From contig JAITBP010000005.1 of the NCBI GenBank assembly GCA_031283585.1, positions 1-32,000 of the forward strand: DNA of 32,000 bases, read 5' to 3'. Position numbers and translations under genes: made by a program. The notes beneath the pieces were generated by a model. It saw only the letters and a program-made list of their open reading frames with translations. It was not told the origin of the DNA and ran no database searches. Of the stretch, positions 18,027 through 28,091 are shown piece after piece (within the stretch, counting starts at the first letter, position 1; every line of letters begins with the position of its first letter). The stretch comes from Puniceicoccales bacterium (GTDB lineage: Bacteria > Verrucomicrobiota > Verrucomicrobiia > Opitutales > LL51).

Positions 18027-18686
18027 TCACTTAGACTTAGAAAACATATCTCGCAATTTTTTCTTTATTTTGTCACCATATAATGGGTCCGTAGCCCACT
18101 TGCCAGCCAAATCAGACAGGGTTTTAGCTGTACCGCGATAGCCGGCTTTCACAATGTTTTCAAACCGTGGATCGACACAGCTATGATTCAATTCACTGGT
18201 GGATGCATAGGCTTTAAGATGTTGTACCTGAGCTCTTATGCCGATCTCGACGCTTGGGAATGACGCACCACTAGCTCCGTTGTCCGTAGCACCGAGCCCA
18301 GCAAAATTGTTCTGTTTCGGATCGACCTGGCCGCCGAATTGCAAAAAATTTGTCTCATGACACATCTGCGCAAAGGCAATATCATGGTTCACTCCTTCGG
18401 CCGCACACTCGGAAATATAAGCACTGGCAAAATAGTCGGCTTTCTGTTTGGAAATTTTTCCACCATTACGTCGTAAATACTTGCTCATCATATCCTTACT
18501 AGCCTTACCCCGGGCCATTATTGCAAGCGAGTATCTTGGCAATTGCCTAGACCCAATCCTGGCTTTGATAATTCCAGAGCTCTCATTTGTCGATCTGACG
18601 ACATCGCCTTTATTCGCAATATTCTTGCAAGTTGCACAGCCCAATAGACATAAAAATATGATGTAAACAAAAGCCAGTTTATTCAT
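18027..18686 (-). CDS. Peptidoglycan hydrolase lipoprotein, glucosaminidase (PF01832-like) domain
   Basis: Lipobox-like FLCLLGC. FAQMCHETNFLQFGG...NNFAGLGA resembles the catalytic Glu region of mannosyl-glycoprotein endo-beta-N-acetylglucosaminidase / FlgJ-type domains. Confidence 0.7.
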   Translation of the reverse strand: MNKLAFVYIIFLCLLGCATCKNIANKGDVVRSTNESSGIIKARIGSRQLPRYSLAIMARGKASKDMMSKYLRRNGGKISKQKADYFASAYISECAAEGVNHDIAFAQMCHETNFLQFGGQVDPKQNNFAGLGATDNGASGASFPSVEIGIRAQVQHLKAYASTSELNHSCVDPRFENIVKAGYRGTAKTLSDLAGKWATDPLYGDKIKKKLRDMFSKSK

Positions 18687-19623
18687 AACCGTTTTCTATA
18701 ATCGACATAATTTTGTCAAATACAACATTTTCATTAAACATTTCATCTTTATCACCTTTTGACAACACGAAATTTGACCTAGAGGAGCTAGGATAGGGGC
18801 CATATTTTTTCGGATCCGTTGTAATAAATAGGCCCAACACGGGGATTCCCAGGGCTGCGGCCAGATGCATCGGACCACTGTCGTTTGCCACCACAAGCCT
18901 GGCTTTTTTTATAAAATTTATCACATCGCCAATGGTTGTATCGCCACAGAGATTCATAAGCCTATCGCTGGTAATTAGATCTGTGCAACAGGAATCTCCA
19001 AGCCATAGGACCATGAACGAGGTTCTAGTCAGCAAAAGCCGCGTTAATTGGACAAAATAGGGCCATCGCTTTTCTTTCCTTCTACTGCCCGGGAACAGGC
19101 ATAGATACTCATTCGACGGCAAGCTGTTCAGTAATTTTAAAAAATTTTCTGATTCATCCGGAGTAAAATCCACCCGGCCGGAAATCTCATCTTCATCGCA
19201 GGCGGACAGCAAAAACGGCCGCAATATATCCACCGCATGGGCAGATTTCCCTGGATAATACTTAACTTTTTGCCCATAGGCAAGACCAGCCAACTCTCGG
19301 GAATCACTACGTCCAATCTTACATCTAGACCTGGCAGCCAGTGTCATCAGCCCACTTCTGGCCAACCCTTGCATATCCCAGACCATGTCATAAATCCCTC
19401 GCCGGATCTGCAATATCGTCGAAATGAATGACCTAATGCCACCTTTCCGGTCATAAACAATGACCTCATCGATCAACCTTGAGGCTCTGACCACTTCCAC
19501 AAACTCGGCCCTTACAACCCAATCAATGGAAACATCAGGACGATTCCTTCTAAGCTTCGAAACTACTAACAATCCATGGACTATATCACCTAGAGATGAG
19601 GGCTTGATGACCAGCAATCTCAT
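18679..19623 (-). CDS. Glycosyltransferase family 9 (LPS heptosyltransferase-like)
   Basis: MRLLVIKPSSLGDIVHGLLVV N-terminus and VANDSGPMHLAAALGIPVLGLF C-terminal motif are GT9 hallmarks. I cannot tell which heptosyltransferase it is. Confidence 0.85.
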   Translation of the reverse strand: MRLLVIKPSSLGDIVHGLLVVSKLRRNRPDVSIDWVVRAEFVEVVRASRLIDEVIVYDRKGGIRSFISTILQIRRGIYDMVWDMQGLARSGLMTLAARSRCKIGRSDSRELAGLAYGQKVKYYPGKSAHAVDILRPFLLSACDEDEISGRVDFTPDESENFLKLLNSLPSNEYLCLFPGSRRKEKRWPYFVQLTRLLLTRTSFMVLWLGDSCCTDLITSDRLMNLCGDTTIGDVINFIKKARLVVANDSGPMHLAAALGIPVLGLFITTDPKKYGPYPSSSRSNFVLSKGDKDEMFNENVVFDKIMSIIENGYE

Positions 19624-19635
19624 CGATACTGCTCA

Positions 19636-20382
19636 TCAATGGCGGCGGTCGCTAAGCTTTGCCAGCAGGCGCAGGATTTCAATGTATAGCCATACCAAAG
19701 TCACCAGCAGGCCAAAGGCTGCAAACCACTCCATGTCTCGGTGGACGTTGGATCGACTCAGCTTGACGATATAATCGAAATCCATCACCAGGTTTAGGGC
19801 AGCAATGATCACGACAAACACACTAAACCCTATGCTGAAATTACTGGAGCTATAGAGAAACTGGAATCCAGAAACACCAAACATCCTGAGTAACAAGCTC
19901 ATAAGATAAACCACTGCGATGCCAGCCGTGGCGGCAAATAAACCTATCGCAAATTTCTCATTAACCTTGATTATGCCAGTCCTGTAAATGAATAACATCA
20001 CGCCAAAAACCCCAAATGTAAACATCGTGGCCTGAATGACAATGCCGTGATATTTCATCTCAAACAGTAGAGACCAACTGCCAAGCACAAGACCTTCCAA
20101 TACAGCATATAACGGAGCCGTGTACTTTGCTATTAGCGGCTTAAAACATGTAACCAAACTACACACCAGAGCCAGAACTGAAAACAGTATAGCCTTTGAA
20201 ATAATATCATCCAGGGATGCATATTTTCTTGTCCAGGCAAAAGCCGCAGATAACACAGTCAGCATCAACAACAAAGAAGTTTTTGTGATGGTGCCAGACA
20301 CCGTCATCTGATATTCGCTTGCAGCGGCTGCATTGAAATATTTATCTTGAAAAACCGGATTAGATGTACGTTCGTAATTCAT
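19636..20382 (-). CDS. Bax inhibitor-1/YccA family membrane protein
   Basis: 248 aa with about 7 TM segments. It has the N-terminal SNPVF motif and the hydrophobic periodicity typical of the BI-1-like family. Confidence 0.75.
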   Translation of the reverse strand: MNYERTSNPVFQDKYFNAAAASEYQMTVSGTITKTSLLLMLTVLSAAFAWTRKYASLDDIISKAILFSVLALVCSLVTCFKPLIAKYTAPLYAVLEGLVLGSWSLLFEMKYHGIVIQATMFTFGVFGVMLFIYRTGIIKVNEKFAIGLFAATAGIAVVYLMSLLLRMFGVSGFQFLYSSSNFSIGFSVFVVIIAALNLVMDFDYIVKLSRSNVHRDMEWFAAFGLLVTLVWLYIEILRLLAKLSDRRH

Positions 20383-20457
20383 AAACTAATAAAAATATTC
20401 AAATCTACCTCAGACTATGGAAATTTTTTTAAAACAATCAATCATAACTTTTCCATA

Positions 20458-21645
20458 TTACCGGGTTATTTTCATAAACACTCTTTTACCGTATTGGATA
20501 ACAATAGGATCTAGCCCATCAGCCGACAGCGAATAATTTATATCATCCATCAGGTCACCGTTTATTTTCAGCGCCTTTTGTTCAATCATCCTGCGTATTT
20601 CATTTCTGCTTGCCGACAGTAACCCTGTATTTGCCAACACATTAACGATATTTGTATCACCGGCTGAATCGGCCAGTGATTTCAACGAAAAAATTGGCAT
20701 TTCAGTCGGAATTTCTCCCTTGGAAAACACATTTTCGAAGTTCTCCAGTTCCCTATCAGCGCTTTCCTGATCATATAGCTTCGCCACAAGTCTGTTGGCA
20801 AGGATTTTTTTAGCAGCCATTGGATGCAAAGCTCTTTTTTCATTGATTTCCTCGACCGTTTCCATAAGCAACAGCTTATAGTAAACCCACATGACTTCAT
20901 CCGGAATGGACATTATTTTTCCAAACATATTGGCCGGAGAATCGTTGAATGATATGTAGTTATCATAGCTTTTTGACATTTTTCTAACACCGTCCAGTCC
21001 TACGAGTAACGGCATACTTAGGACACATTGCTCGGGCTGGCCAACGTCTTTTTGCAATGCCCGGCCAACCAACATATTGAATAGCTGATCATTGCCACCA
21101 AGCTCCACATCTGCTTCCAGCACAACAGAATCATAGCCCTGCATCAATGGATACAGAAACTCAACTATCGAAATCGGCACATTGGATTTATATCTTTTTT
21201 CAAAATCATCGCGTTCAAGCATCCGCGCCACGGTCATCTTCCTGGCCAGCAATAACATGTCATCGAAGGTCATTTTACTAAACCATTCGCTGTTTCTTCG
21301 AACCACCGTTTTATCCTTGTCAAGTACCCTAAATGCTTGTGCAAGATAGGTTTTTGCATTATCATTGACCTCGTCTTTGGTCAACTGAGGCCTCTCGGCT
21401 GAACGACCGGATGGATCTCCCACCGTGGCCGTGTAATCACCGATTAGCAATATCGCTGTGTGGCCAAGATCCTGAAATTGGCGCAGCTTATTGAATACCA
21501 CCATATGGCCAAAGGTCAAATCCGGCCTGGTTGGATCAACACCAAGCTTGATGTTCAATCGCCTAGCGCTCTTTAACTTGCTAGCCAATTCCTCCGCGCT
21601 AACCACGGTCTGGGCCCCCTGGGAAACTATATCTATTGCAGCCAT
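20458..21645 (-). CDS. tyrS: Tyrosine--tRNA ligase (type 2, with C-terminal S4-like domain)
   Basis: GVDPTRPDL-TFGH-MVVFNKLRQFQDLGHTAILLIGDYTATVGDPSGRS and KMSKS are present. Start set at the ATG at 21645 (MAAIDIV...); the track start at 21663 is a TTG six codons upstream. Confidence 0.93.
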   Translation of the reverse strand: MAAIDIVSQGAQTVVSAEELASKLKSARRLNIKLGVDPTRPDLTFGHMVVFNKLRQFQDLGHTAILLIGDYTATVGDPSGRSAERPQLTKDEVNDNAKTYLAQAFRVLDKDKTVVRRNSEWFSKMTFDDMLLLARKMTVARMLERDDFEKRYKSNVPISIVEFLYPLMQGYDSVVLEADVELGGNDQLFNMLVGRALQKDVGQPEQCVLSMPLLVGLDGVRKMSKSYDNYISFNDSPANMFGKIMSIPDEVMWVYYKLLLMETVEEINEKRALHPMAAKKILANRLVAKLYDQESADRELENFENVFSKGEIPTEMPIFSLKSLADSAGDTNIVNVLANTGLLSASRNEIRRMIEQKALKINGDLMDDINYSLSADGLDPIVIQYGKRVFMKITR

Positions 21646-21712
21646 AAATATTCTGTTATGCAAAAATCATAGCTCGTCAAGTCAACTAGCAACAAAAACT
21701 CTTTTCATTGCA

Positions 21713-22096
21713 TCAGAGGACCATCACCACGGCACTGGCCAGAGCCCTAGTATGGGACAGCGAAATCTTTATGTCTGTCGCTGCCAAGGACTTTAAAAGC
21801 CTCAGTCCGGTCTGATCCAGCTTGACCACTGGCTCTCCCCGGGGTCCCGTTTCTATCATCGAAGTTTTCCAAGAAAATTCGGCCCCCACACCGGTTTGAA
21901 GAGCCTTCGCCAGGGCTTCCTTCGCCGCAAATCTCGCAGCCAGAGAAGGATAGGGATTAGCTCTGGCAAAACAATAGACCAATTCCTGTTTCGTAAAAAT
22001 TTTGCTCAAAAATTTATCACCGAAACGCTCCACGGATCTCTTGATTCTTGCGATTTCGACAATGTCGTAACCCAAGCCTTTGACGGAGGTATTCAT
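21713..22096 (-). CDS. acpS: Holo-[acyl-carrier-protein] synthase
   Basis: GLGYDIVEIARI, FAAKEALAKAL and a 127-aa length. The start overlaps the ruvC stop (ATGA). Confidence 0.9.
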   Translation of the reverse strand: MNTSVKGLGYDIVEIARIKRSVERFGDKFLSKIFTKQELVYCFARANPYPSLAARFAAKEALAKALQTGVGAEFSWKTSMIETGPRGEPVVKLDQTGLRLLKSLAATDIKISLSHTRALASAVVMVL

Positions 22097-22671
22097 GAAA
22101 TTTTAAGGGTAAATGCATGGCACAACGCCACGGCACAGGCATCGGCCTCGTCAAATGCTAACTCGTTCTCCAGCCTTAGGATAGATCTAACCATAGTTGC
22201 GACCTGGCCCTTTTTTGCCCGACCGAACCCAACAACGGCCTGTTTAATTCTTAGCGGGGCGTATTCATGGAGAGCGACCTGTTTTTTCGCCAGCGACACC
22301 ATGGCAGCTCCCCGGGCTACGCCAAGAATCTGAGCCGTCTGAAAATTTTGCACATATATGGTCTGCTCCATCGCCGCTACACAAGGTTCATATTCACAAC
22401 AGATCAGGTAAATATCATCAAATATTTTTAACACGCATTCGCTCTGGTTGTATTTGGGAGCCATCCTAATGGTCTTAGAAAACACTAAATGCGCTTCCAT
22501 GGATTTATATACGTCAATGATGGCAATACCGGTACCGCGAAGACTCGGATCTATCCCAATAACTCGACCAGAAAACTTCTTGATGCCATGTGAGGTTGCG
22601 GATATAAAGTCAACATTCTTCGCCACCACAGCCTGTTCAGTCCACAAATTTTTGCCCGAGCAACGTCTCAT
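22093..22671 (-). CDS. ruvC: Crossover junction endodeoxyribonuclease RuvC (start uncertain, about 35-aa N-terminal extension)
   Basis: VIGIDPSLRGTGIAII (catalytic Asp), AAMEQTIY (Glu) and FDEADACAVALCH (Asp pair). Confidence 0.9.
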   Translation of the reverse strand: MRRCSGKNLWTEQAVVAKNVDFISATSHGIKKFSGRVIGIDPSLRGTGIAIIDVYKSMEAHLVFSKTIRMAPKYNQSECVLKIFDDIYLICCEYEPCVAAMEQTIYVQNFQTAQILGVARGAAMVSLAKKQVALHEYAPLRIKQAVVGFGRAKKGQVATMVRSILRLENELAFDEADACAVALCHAFTLKIS

Positions 22672-22724
22672 TGGAACTAACAGATGTATACTTAATTTAC
22701 AGAATAGCCAGACAATAAATCAGA

Positions 22725-25298
22725 TCATAAGAGTCTTAGCTGTTCATCGTTATAATCATTCTGCCCGGAAGATTTCCTGCTTTTCAATGAACGACCACTG
22801 ATCGAACCCTCGGTTTCAAGCATGGTCAAAATTTCCTTCGCCCTGGCTACCACAGAACCTGGTATGCCGGCCAATCTGGCCACCTGGATTCCATAGGAGC
22901 GATCCGAACAGCCTTTCATCACCCGTTTTAAAAAAATAATTTCGTCGTTCCATTCTTTGACGGCAACGAAATAATTGGACAGCCGAGGAAGACTCTCACT
23001 AAGTTTTGTAAGTTCATGGTAGTGAGTAGCAAACAGTGTTTTTGGCCCGGCCTGACTACCCCTATGAAGATGTTCAACCACTGCCCAGGCAATGCTTAAT
23101 CCATCATAGGTGCTGGTACCGCGGCCAATCTCATCAAGAACGATGAGGCTTTGGGTCGTCGCATTGTTTATTATATTAGCTGTTTCATTCATTTCGACCA
23201 TGAATGTGGAACTGCCTCTTGAAAGGTCGTCGCTGGCTCCAATCCTCGAAAATATTCTATCAATCATACCGATTTTACACGAATCTGCCGGGACCCAATG
23301 CCCGATCTGGGCCATCAAAACAATAAGGGCAACCTGCCTTATGTAGGTGGATTTTCCTGACATGTTCGGCCCGGTTATCAGCGCAATCTGGTTGGTCGAC
23401 GAACTCAGATAGCAGTCATTTGGCACAAAACTCCTACCATCGGCAATTGCCAGATTAGATCTCTTAAGCATTTGCTCTATAACCGGATGCCTTCCATTTT
23501 TTATATCGATTTCATCACCGATGACCAAATTAGGTTTGCAATAGCCATACTCCCGGGCAATGGTAGCCCAACCGCAGAATACATCGATTTCTGCGATACT
23601 TTTGGCGATGGAAAAAAATTCCGAGCTCCGGGCAAGAATTTTTTTCACAATTTCCATAAACAAAAAATTTTCACGTTCTATCAATTTCTCCTCTGCCGAG
23701 AGAATTTCCCGCTCTTTGTCTCGCAGCTCATGGGTTATATATCGCTCGGCGCCAACGGTTGTCTGTCGACGAATATACCTATCAGGCACCAGCTGAATGT
23801 TGGATTTAGTGACCTCTATAAAATAACCAAAATTGCTATTATATTTTATTTTCAGTGACTTTATGCCGGTTTTCTTTTGCTCCTCGACTTCCATAGCCGT
23901 GAGCCAAGACCTGCTGTCATTTCCCAAAGATCTTAACCTATCTACTTCAGAATCAAAACCTTGCCTTATAAATCCACCGTTACTAATATCATTGGGCAGA
24001 TCATCGGCCAACGCTTTGGACAAAAAGTCACTAAGATCGCCGCAATCATAGATTCCAGCATTCAATCTATCAATACCATCGCAGCTGATTGAATCCAATA
24101 CGCTCTTGGTTTTTGGCAGCTGGAGCAGTGTGTTTCTCAGGGCCCCGAGTTCCCTTGGATTGCGCGTATGGTTTTGTAACCTGGTTAAAATTCTTTGAAT
24201 ATCACAAACGCAGGACATGATCTCTTGCAATCTAATGCATTCGGTTACATTGCCAAAAAATTTTTCCACACAGCCGTTCCGGAATTTTATTTCATCGATG
24301 TCCAGAGATGGCGTGATTAGATAATTTTCCAGCATTCGGGTACCCATCGAAGTCACAGTACCGTCGATGGCATTGATAAAAGATCCTTTCCTGATTCCAC
24401 CGGAGGACCTGAAGATTTCGAGATTTTTTATTGTCGAACTGTCAATTACCAGATTTCTCTGCGGCACATATTCCTTTATCCAGGTAATATTTGTCGGCCG
24501 CTGCCTCAGGTTATCTGACACATATTTGAGCAGTGCTCCGGCCACGCCAATCGCCGGGTGATTGTCCTCTATCCCATAGCCGCGTAGATTCATAACCCCG
24601 AGGGTTTCGTTGATAAGTATTTGGCAGTTTTGCCGATCAAAATAGTAGATCGGGACGCAGGACAATAACCTGGCATTCAACAGCCAATCGAAGGTTTCCC
24701 TGTCTCCGGTGGGCAATGCATCGATCTTCATTTTAATCTGATCACTGGCAACTATCTCCTTAGGATTCAATGCGCTTATGACCGGAGCCATCTGGTCAAT
24801 GTTTGATGCCGTGGCCATTTGGAATTCGCCGGTGGACACCTCCAGCCAGGCCAGATGAACTCGATGACTATCCAATTCCAAAGCAACTATATAACTATTT
24901 GTTTTGGCCTCAAGGTGACCCTCTTCTATGGTTGTTCCCGGGGTGAAAATTTTGGTTACCTCCCGCTGGACAATTTTCCCAGGCTTTGCTTCCTCCTTTT
25001 GGTCGCAGACAGCCACCTTATAATCTGCTGCCAGTAACTTACTTATGTATTGATCGGCGGCATGATGTGGCAGGCCGGCCATGGGTGTTAACTGTCTTTT
25101 AGTCAGGGTTAACCCAAGCACCCTGGATGCGATGATTGCCTGATCTCCAAAAAGCTCATAAAAATCACCCAACCTGAACAGCAATAACACGTCCTGTGGC
25201 AACTTACTTCTAATTTCTTGGTACTGTTTCATCATCGGTGTGCTCAGGCACAAACCAGAAGTATCCTTTTTCATGCTGCATGTATTATTACCATCCAA
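22725..25298 (-). CDS. mutS: DNA mismatch repair protein MutS
   Basis: TPMMKQYQEI, the mismatch-binding Phe-X-Glu in GDFYELF, Walker A GPNMSGKSTY, and DEIGRGTSTYDG. The extreme C-terminus QLRLL resembles a beta-clamp-binding pentapeptide (E. coli QMSLL). An alternative start is M9. Confidence 0.95.
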   Translation of the reverse strand: MDGNNTCSMKKDTSGLCLSTPMMKQYQEIRSKLPQDVLLLFRLGDFYELFGDQAIIASRVLGLTLTKRQLTPMAGLPHHAADQYISKLLAADYKVAVCDQKEEAKPGKIVQREVTKIFTPGTTIEEGHLEAKTNSYIVALELDSHRVHLAWLEVSTGEFQMATASNIDQMAPVISALNPKEIVASDQIKMKIDALPTGDRETFDWLLNARLLSCVPIYYFDRQNCQILINETLGVMNLRGYGIEDNHPAIGVAGALLKYVSDNLRQRPTNITWIKEYVPQRNLVIDSSTIKNLEIFRSSGGIRKGSFINAIDGTVTSMGTRMLENYLITPSLDIDEIKFRNGCVEKFFGNVTECIRLQEIMSCVCDIQRILTRLQNHTRNPRELGALRNTLLQLPKTKSVLDSISCDGIDRLNAGIYDCGDLSDFLSKALADDLPNDISNGGFIRQGFDSEVDRLRSLGNDSRSWLTAMEVEEQKKTGIKSLKIKYNSNFGYFIEVTKSNIQLVPDRYIRRQTTVGAERYITHELRDKEREILSAEEKLIERENFLFMEIVKKILARSSEFFSIAKSIAEIDVFCGWATIAREYGYCKPNLVIGDEIDIKNGRHPVIEQMLKRSNLAIADGRSFVPNDCYLSSSTNQIALITGPNMSGKSTYIRQVALIVLMAQIGHWVPADSCKIGMIDRIFSRIGASDDLSRGSSTFMVEMNETANIINNATTQSLIVLDEIGRGTSTYDGLSIAWAVVEHLHRGSQAGPKTLFATHYHELTKLSESLPRLSNYFVAVKEWNDEIIFLKRVMKGCSDRSYGIQVARLAGIPGSVVARAKEILTMLETEGSISGRSLKSRKSSGQNDYNDEQLRLL

Positions 25299-25434
25299 TT
25301 TGCAAAAGTCAATTTACACCTTGGCCCATTGATCACAACATAAGTTGTTGCATCACATGGAAATATAACTATCATTCATTATTTTCTTGACGATTTTTCA
25401 TATACCTAAGAGTTTAGGTAAGTAGATCAATCTA

Positions 25435-26352
25435 ATGGATAGACAAAAATTTGGATATTTCCGTGGAATATTATGGTTCATTATGAGCCTGTTATGTTGT
25501 GTGACCAATGATTCCATTATGAAACACATGGGACTCAAATGTCATCCGTTACAAATAGTATTCATGCGATTTCTTTTTGGAGTTATCACATTGCTGCCCT
25601 TCGTGTTAAGAGACTCGTTGAAGTCTATCAAAACCAGCAGGCCGCTGGCTCATATCATCCGCGGACTTGTTCTGTTTTCCAGCATCACCCTGTGGTGCTC
25701 TGGACTAAAATCCATTCCGCTTAACGTGGTTTCTTTGATCAACTTTACAACTCCGATGTTCACGTTGATTTTTGCAGCTATCATGTTGAAAGAGAACATT
25801 GGGTGGACCCGGTGGATAGCCACACTGTGCGGCTTCATTGGCGTTGGCATAGTTATTGGCCCAGGCACGTCGAGTTTTCCTGTGGTTGGCGCATTGATAC
25901 TGCTTCTAGGCGCTTCCATGTTCGCCCTATTGGACATCATAAACAAAATGCTGGTTTCGAAGGAAAGCATCCTGGCGTCGATGTTTTACACAGCCATCAT
26001 AACCATGGCGCTGTCGGCTGTACCTGCAATCATTCTCTGGGAACCACTTAGCATCTACCAATTTGGTCTGTTTTTCCTGCTGGGAATGAGTTCAAATTTT
26101 TTGCTGTTCTGTATATTAAAATCCTTCTCCCTCGTGGATGTGTCCGCCGTGGCACCGTTCAGGTACTTTGAATTGATTTTTGCGTGCCTATTTGGCTATG
26201 TCCTTTTTGGAGAAGTTGTTACTGCAAAAACAATACTAGGTGCCGCCATAATAGTGCCCAACGCATTTTATCTGATGATAAGAGAAGTTTCCGGCGACTC
26301 CAACAAAGTTTATAACAATAAAAAAAAGGCCTCTTGCTGTCAAGCGGTTTGA
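25435..26352 (+). CDS. EamA/DMT-superfamily transporter
   Basis: 305 aa with 10 predicted TM helices arranged as two EamA-like halves. Confidence 0.8.
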   Translation: MDRQKFGYFRGILWFIMSLLCCVTNDSIMKHMGLKCHPLQIVFMRFLFGVITLLPFVLRDSLKSIKTSRPLAHIIRGLVLFSSITLWCSGLKSIPLNVVSLINFTTPMFTLIFAAIMLKENIGWTRWIATLCGFIGVGIVIGPGTSSFPVVGALILLLGASMFALLDIINKMLVSKESILASMFYTAIITMALSAVPAIILWEPLSIYQFGLFFLLGMSSNFLLFCILKSFSLVDVSAVAPFRYFELIFACLFGYVLFGEVVTAKTILGAAIIVPNAFYLMIREVSGDSNKVYNNKKKASCCQAV

Positions 26353-26370
26353 TCCGATGGTGTATCTTTC

Positions 26371-27396
26371 ATGGACGGGAATAAACTAGACCATTTTCCA
26401 AATTCAGAAATATTTTTTGCAACAGCCAAGAGTCTTGCAGGCAAAGCCGTCGGAATTGTCGGCCACACACGACCAGATGGCGATTGTATTGGTTCACAGG
26501 TGGCTATGGCAGAAATACTAACATCATTTGGAGCCAATCCTGTGCTTATAAATGAAACACCAAAAATTTCCGATAATTTGAGACAGTTTCTTGGTAATTA
26601 CCAGATAAACTCTCCCAAGGACGGCATCGTTGACGAATACATATTTGTGGATTGTGGTACCGTATCTCGAGGTGGTATATTTACTAATAATTTACCAAAA
26701 AAGCCGATAATGTCCATCGATCACCATATGGGCAATGATCTTTTTGCAGATAATAATTTCGTGTTTAGCCATGCGGTGGCGGCCAGTGAAATCATCGCAG
26801 ACTATGCCTATCAATCTGGATTCCCAGTCACAAAAGCCATGGCCAGGGCACTCTATGTCGGTATCGTAACCGATACAGGGAAATTTAGTTATACGTTTAC
26901 TGTGGCCAGAACGCTACAGCTTGGCGCACAGCTTATCTGTGACGGAGCCAACCCCAACGAAATTTTCCGGACAATTTACCAAAACGAATCAAGGGAAAAA
27001 TTTGCACTGATACAAAGATTCATCCAATCCTTCAGATTTTTGGCCGACGGCAAGATATGTATAGGTATCATTCGCGACGAAGATTTTCTAACCACCGGCA
27101 CCACCATGGACGATACGGAAGGCATGGTTAATCTTCCACGATCGATCAAGGACGTGGTGATAGCAGTTATCGTGCAAATACTTAATGGTCGCATAAAGAT
27201 CAGCATGCGTACGGATATTCCGGAAATGAGGCTCGACCTATTGGCTGCAAAATTTGGCGGCGGTGGTCATGCCTGTGCAGCAACTTTTTCAACCAATGGC
27301 GCAGAAAATAAAATCCTGCCGAATCTAATAAATGAATTGCAAGAACAGCTAAAGTTGTTCACTCAAACCAATAATGGCAGGTCAACAGGAATTTAA
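26371..27396 (+). CDS. nrnA: DHH/DHHA1 phosphoesterase, NrnA-like (oligoribonuclease / pAp phosphatase)
   Basis: GHTRPDGDCIGS, SIDHHMGN (DHH), IVTDTGKFSY and GGGGHACAA (DHHA1 GGGH). It occupies the conserved position upstream of truB. Confidence 0.85.
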   Translation: MDGNKLDHFPNSEIFFATAKSLAGKAVGIVGHTRPDGDCIGSQVAMAEILTSFGANPVLINETPKISDNLRQFLGNYQINSPKDGIVDEYIFVDCGTVSRGGIFTNNLPKKPIMSIDHHMGNDLFADNNFVFSHAVAASEIIADYAYQSGFPVTKAMARALYVGIVTDTGKFSYTFTVARTLQLGAQLICDGANPNEIFRTIYQNESREKFALIQRFIQSFRFLADGKICIGIIRDEDFLTTGTTMDDTEGMVNLPRSIKDVVIAVIVQILNGRIKISMRTDIPEMRLDLLAAKFGGGGHACAATFSTNGAENKILPNLINELQEQLKLFTQTNNGRSTGI

Positions 27397-28081
27397 TGGG
27401 GTATTGCTTGTAGATAAACCTCTAGGATTGACTTCGCACGACGTGGTGGATAGGTTGCGTAGGAAGTTGGCTATGAAGAGGATTGGACACGCCGGTACCC
27501 TGGATCCCATCGCCACCGGACTTCTGGTGATACTGCTCGGCACAGCGACAAAAATTTCCCAACTCATCACAAATTGCGACAAAACCTATCTGGGAGAAAT
27601 GCTCCTCGGCGTAACCACCGATACCCAGGATGCCCAGGGAACCATAATTGGGACAAAAGATGTGCCGGAATTACCCCTGAAAGACCTGGAAATGGCAATG
27701 CATGCCTTTCTCGGCGAACAACATCAGATACCACCCATGTTTTCTGCAAAAAAAATAAACGGCACGCCACTGTACAAATTAGCCAGAAAAGGCCAACAGG
27801 TCGAAAGAAGCCCAAGACTAGTCAACGTATCAGAATTTGATCTGGTAACCTTCACACCGCCCCGGGTAGGATTCAGGTTGTCATGCTCGAAGGGTACCTA
27901 TGTCAGAACAATTCTCAACGATGTGGGCCAACTCCTTGGTTATGGGGCACATATGACCAAGCTTACCAGAACCCGTGTCGGCACTTTGACTCTAGAAAAT
28001 GCCACCAATCTCGATGATATCATGGCAATGCCATCCGAGGAAATAGCGAAGTTAATCCTAGCCGTAACCAATGTAGTATGA
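27374..28081 (+). CDS. truB: tRNA pseudouridine(55) synthase
   Basis: LLVDKPLGLTSHDVV, GHAGTLDPIATGLL (catalytic Asp), IPPMFSAKKING and KGTYVR. It overlaps the nrnA 3' end by 23 nt. Confidence 0.93.
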   Translation: MAGQQEFNGVLLVDKPLGLTSHDVVDRLRRKLAMKRIGHAGTLDPIATGLLVILLGTATKISQLITNCDKTYLGEMLLGVTTDTQDAQGTIIGTKDVPELPLKDLEMAMHAFLGEQHQIPPMFSAKKINGTPLYKLARKGQQVERSPRLVNVSEFDLVTFTPPRVGFRLSCSKGTYVRTILNDVGQLLGYGAHMTKLTRTRVGTLTLENATNLDDIMAMPSEEIAKLILAVTNVV

Positions 28082-28091
28082 GGCAGTTATC

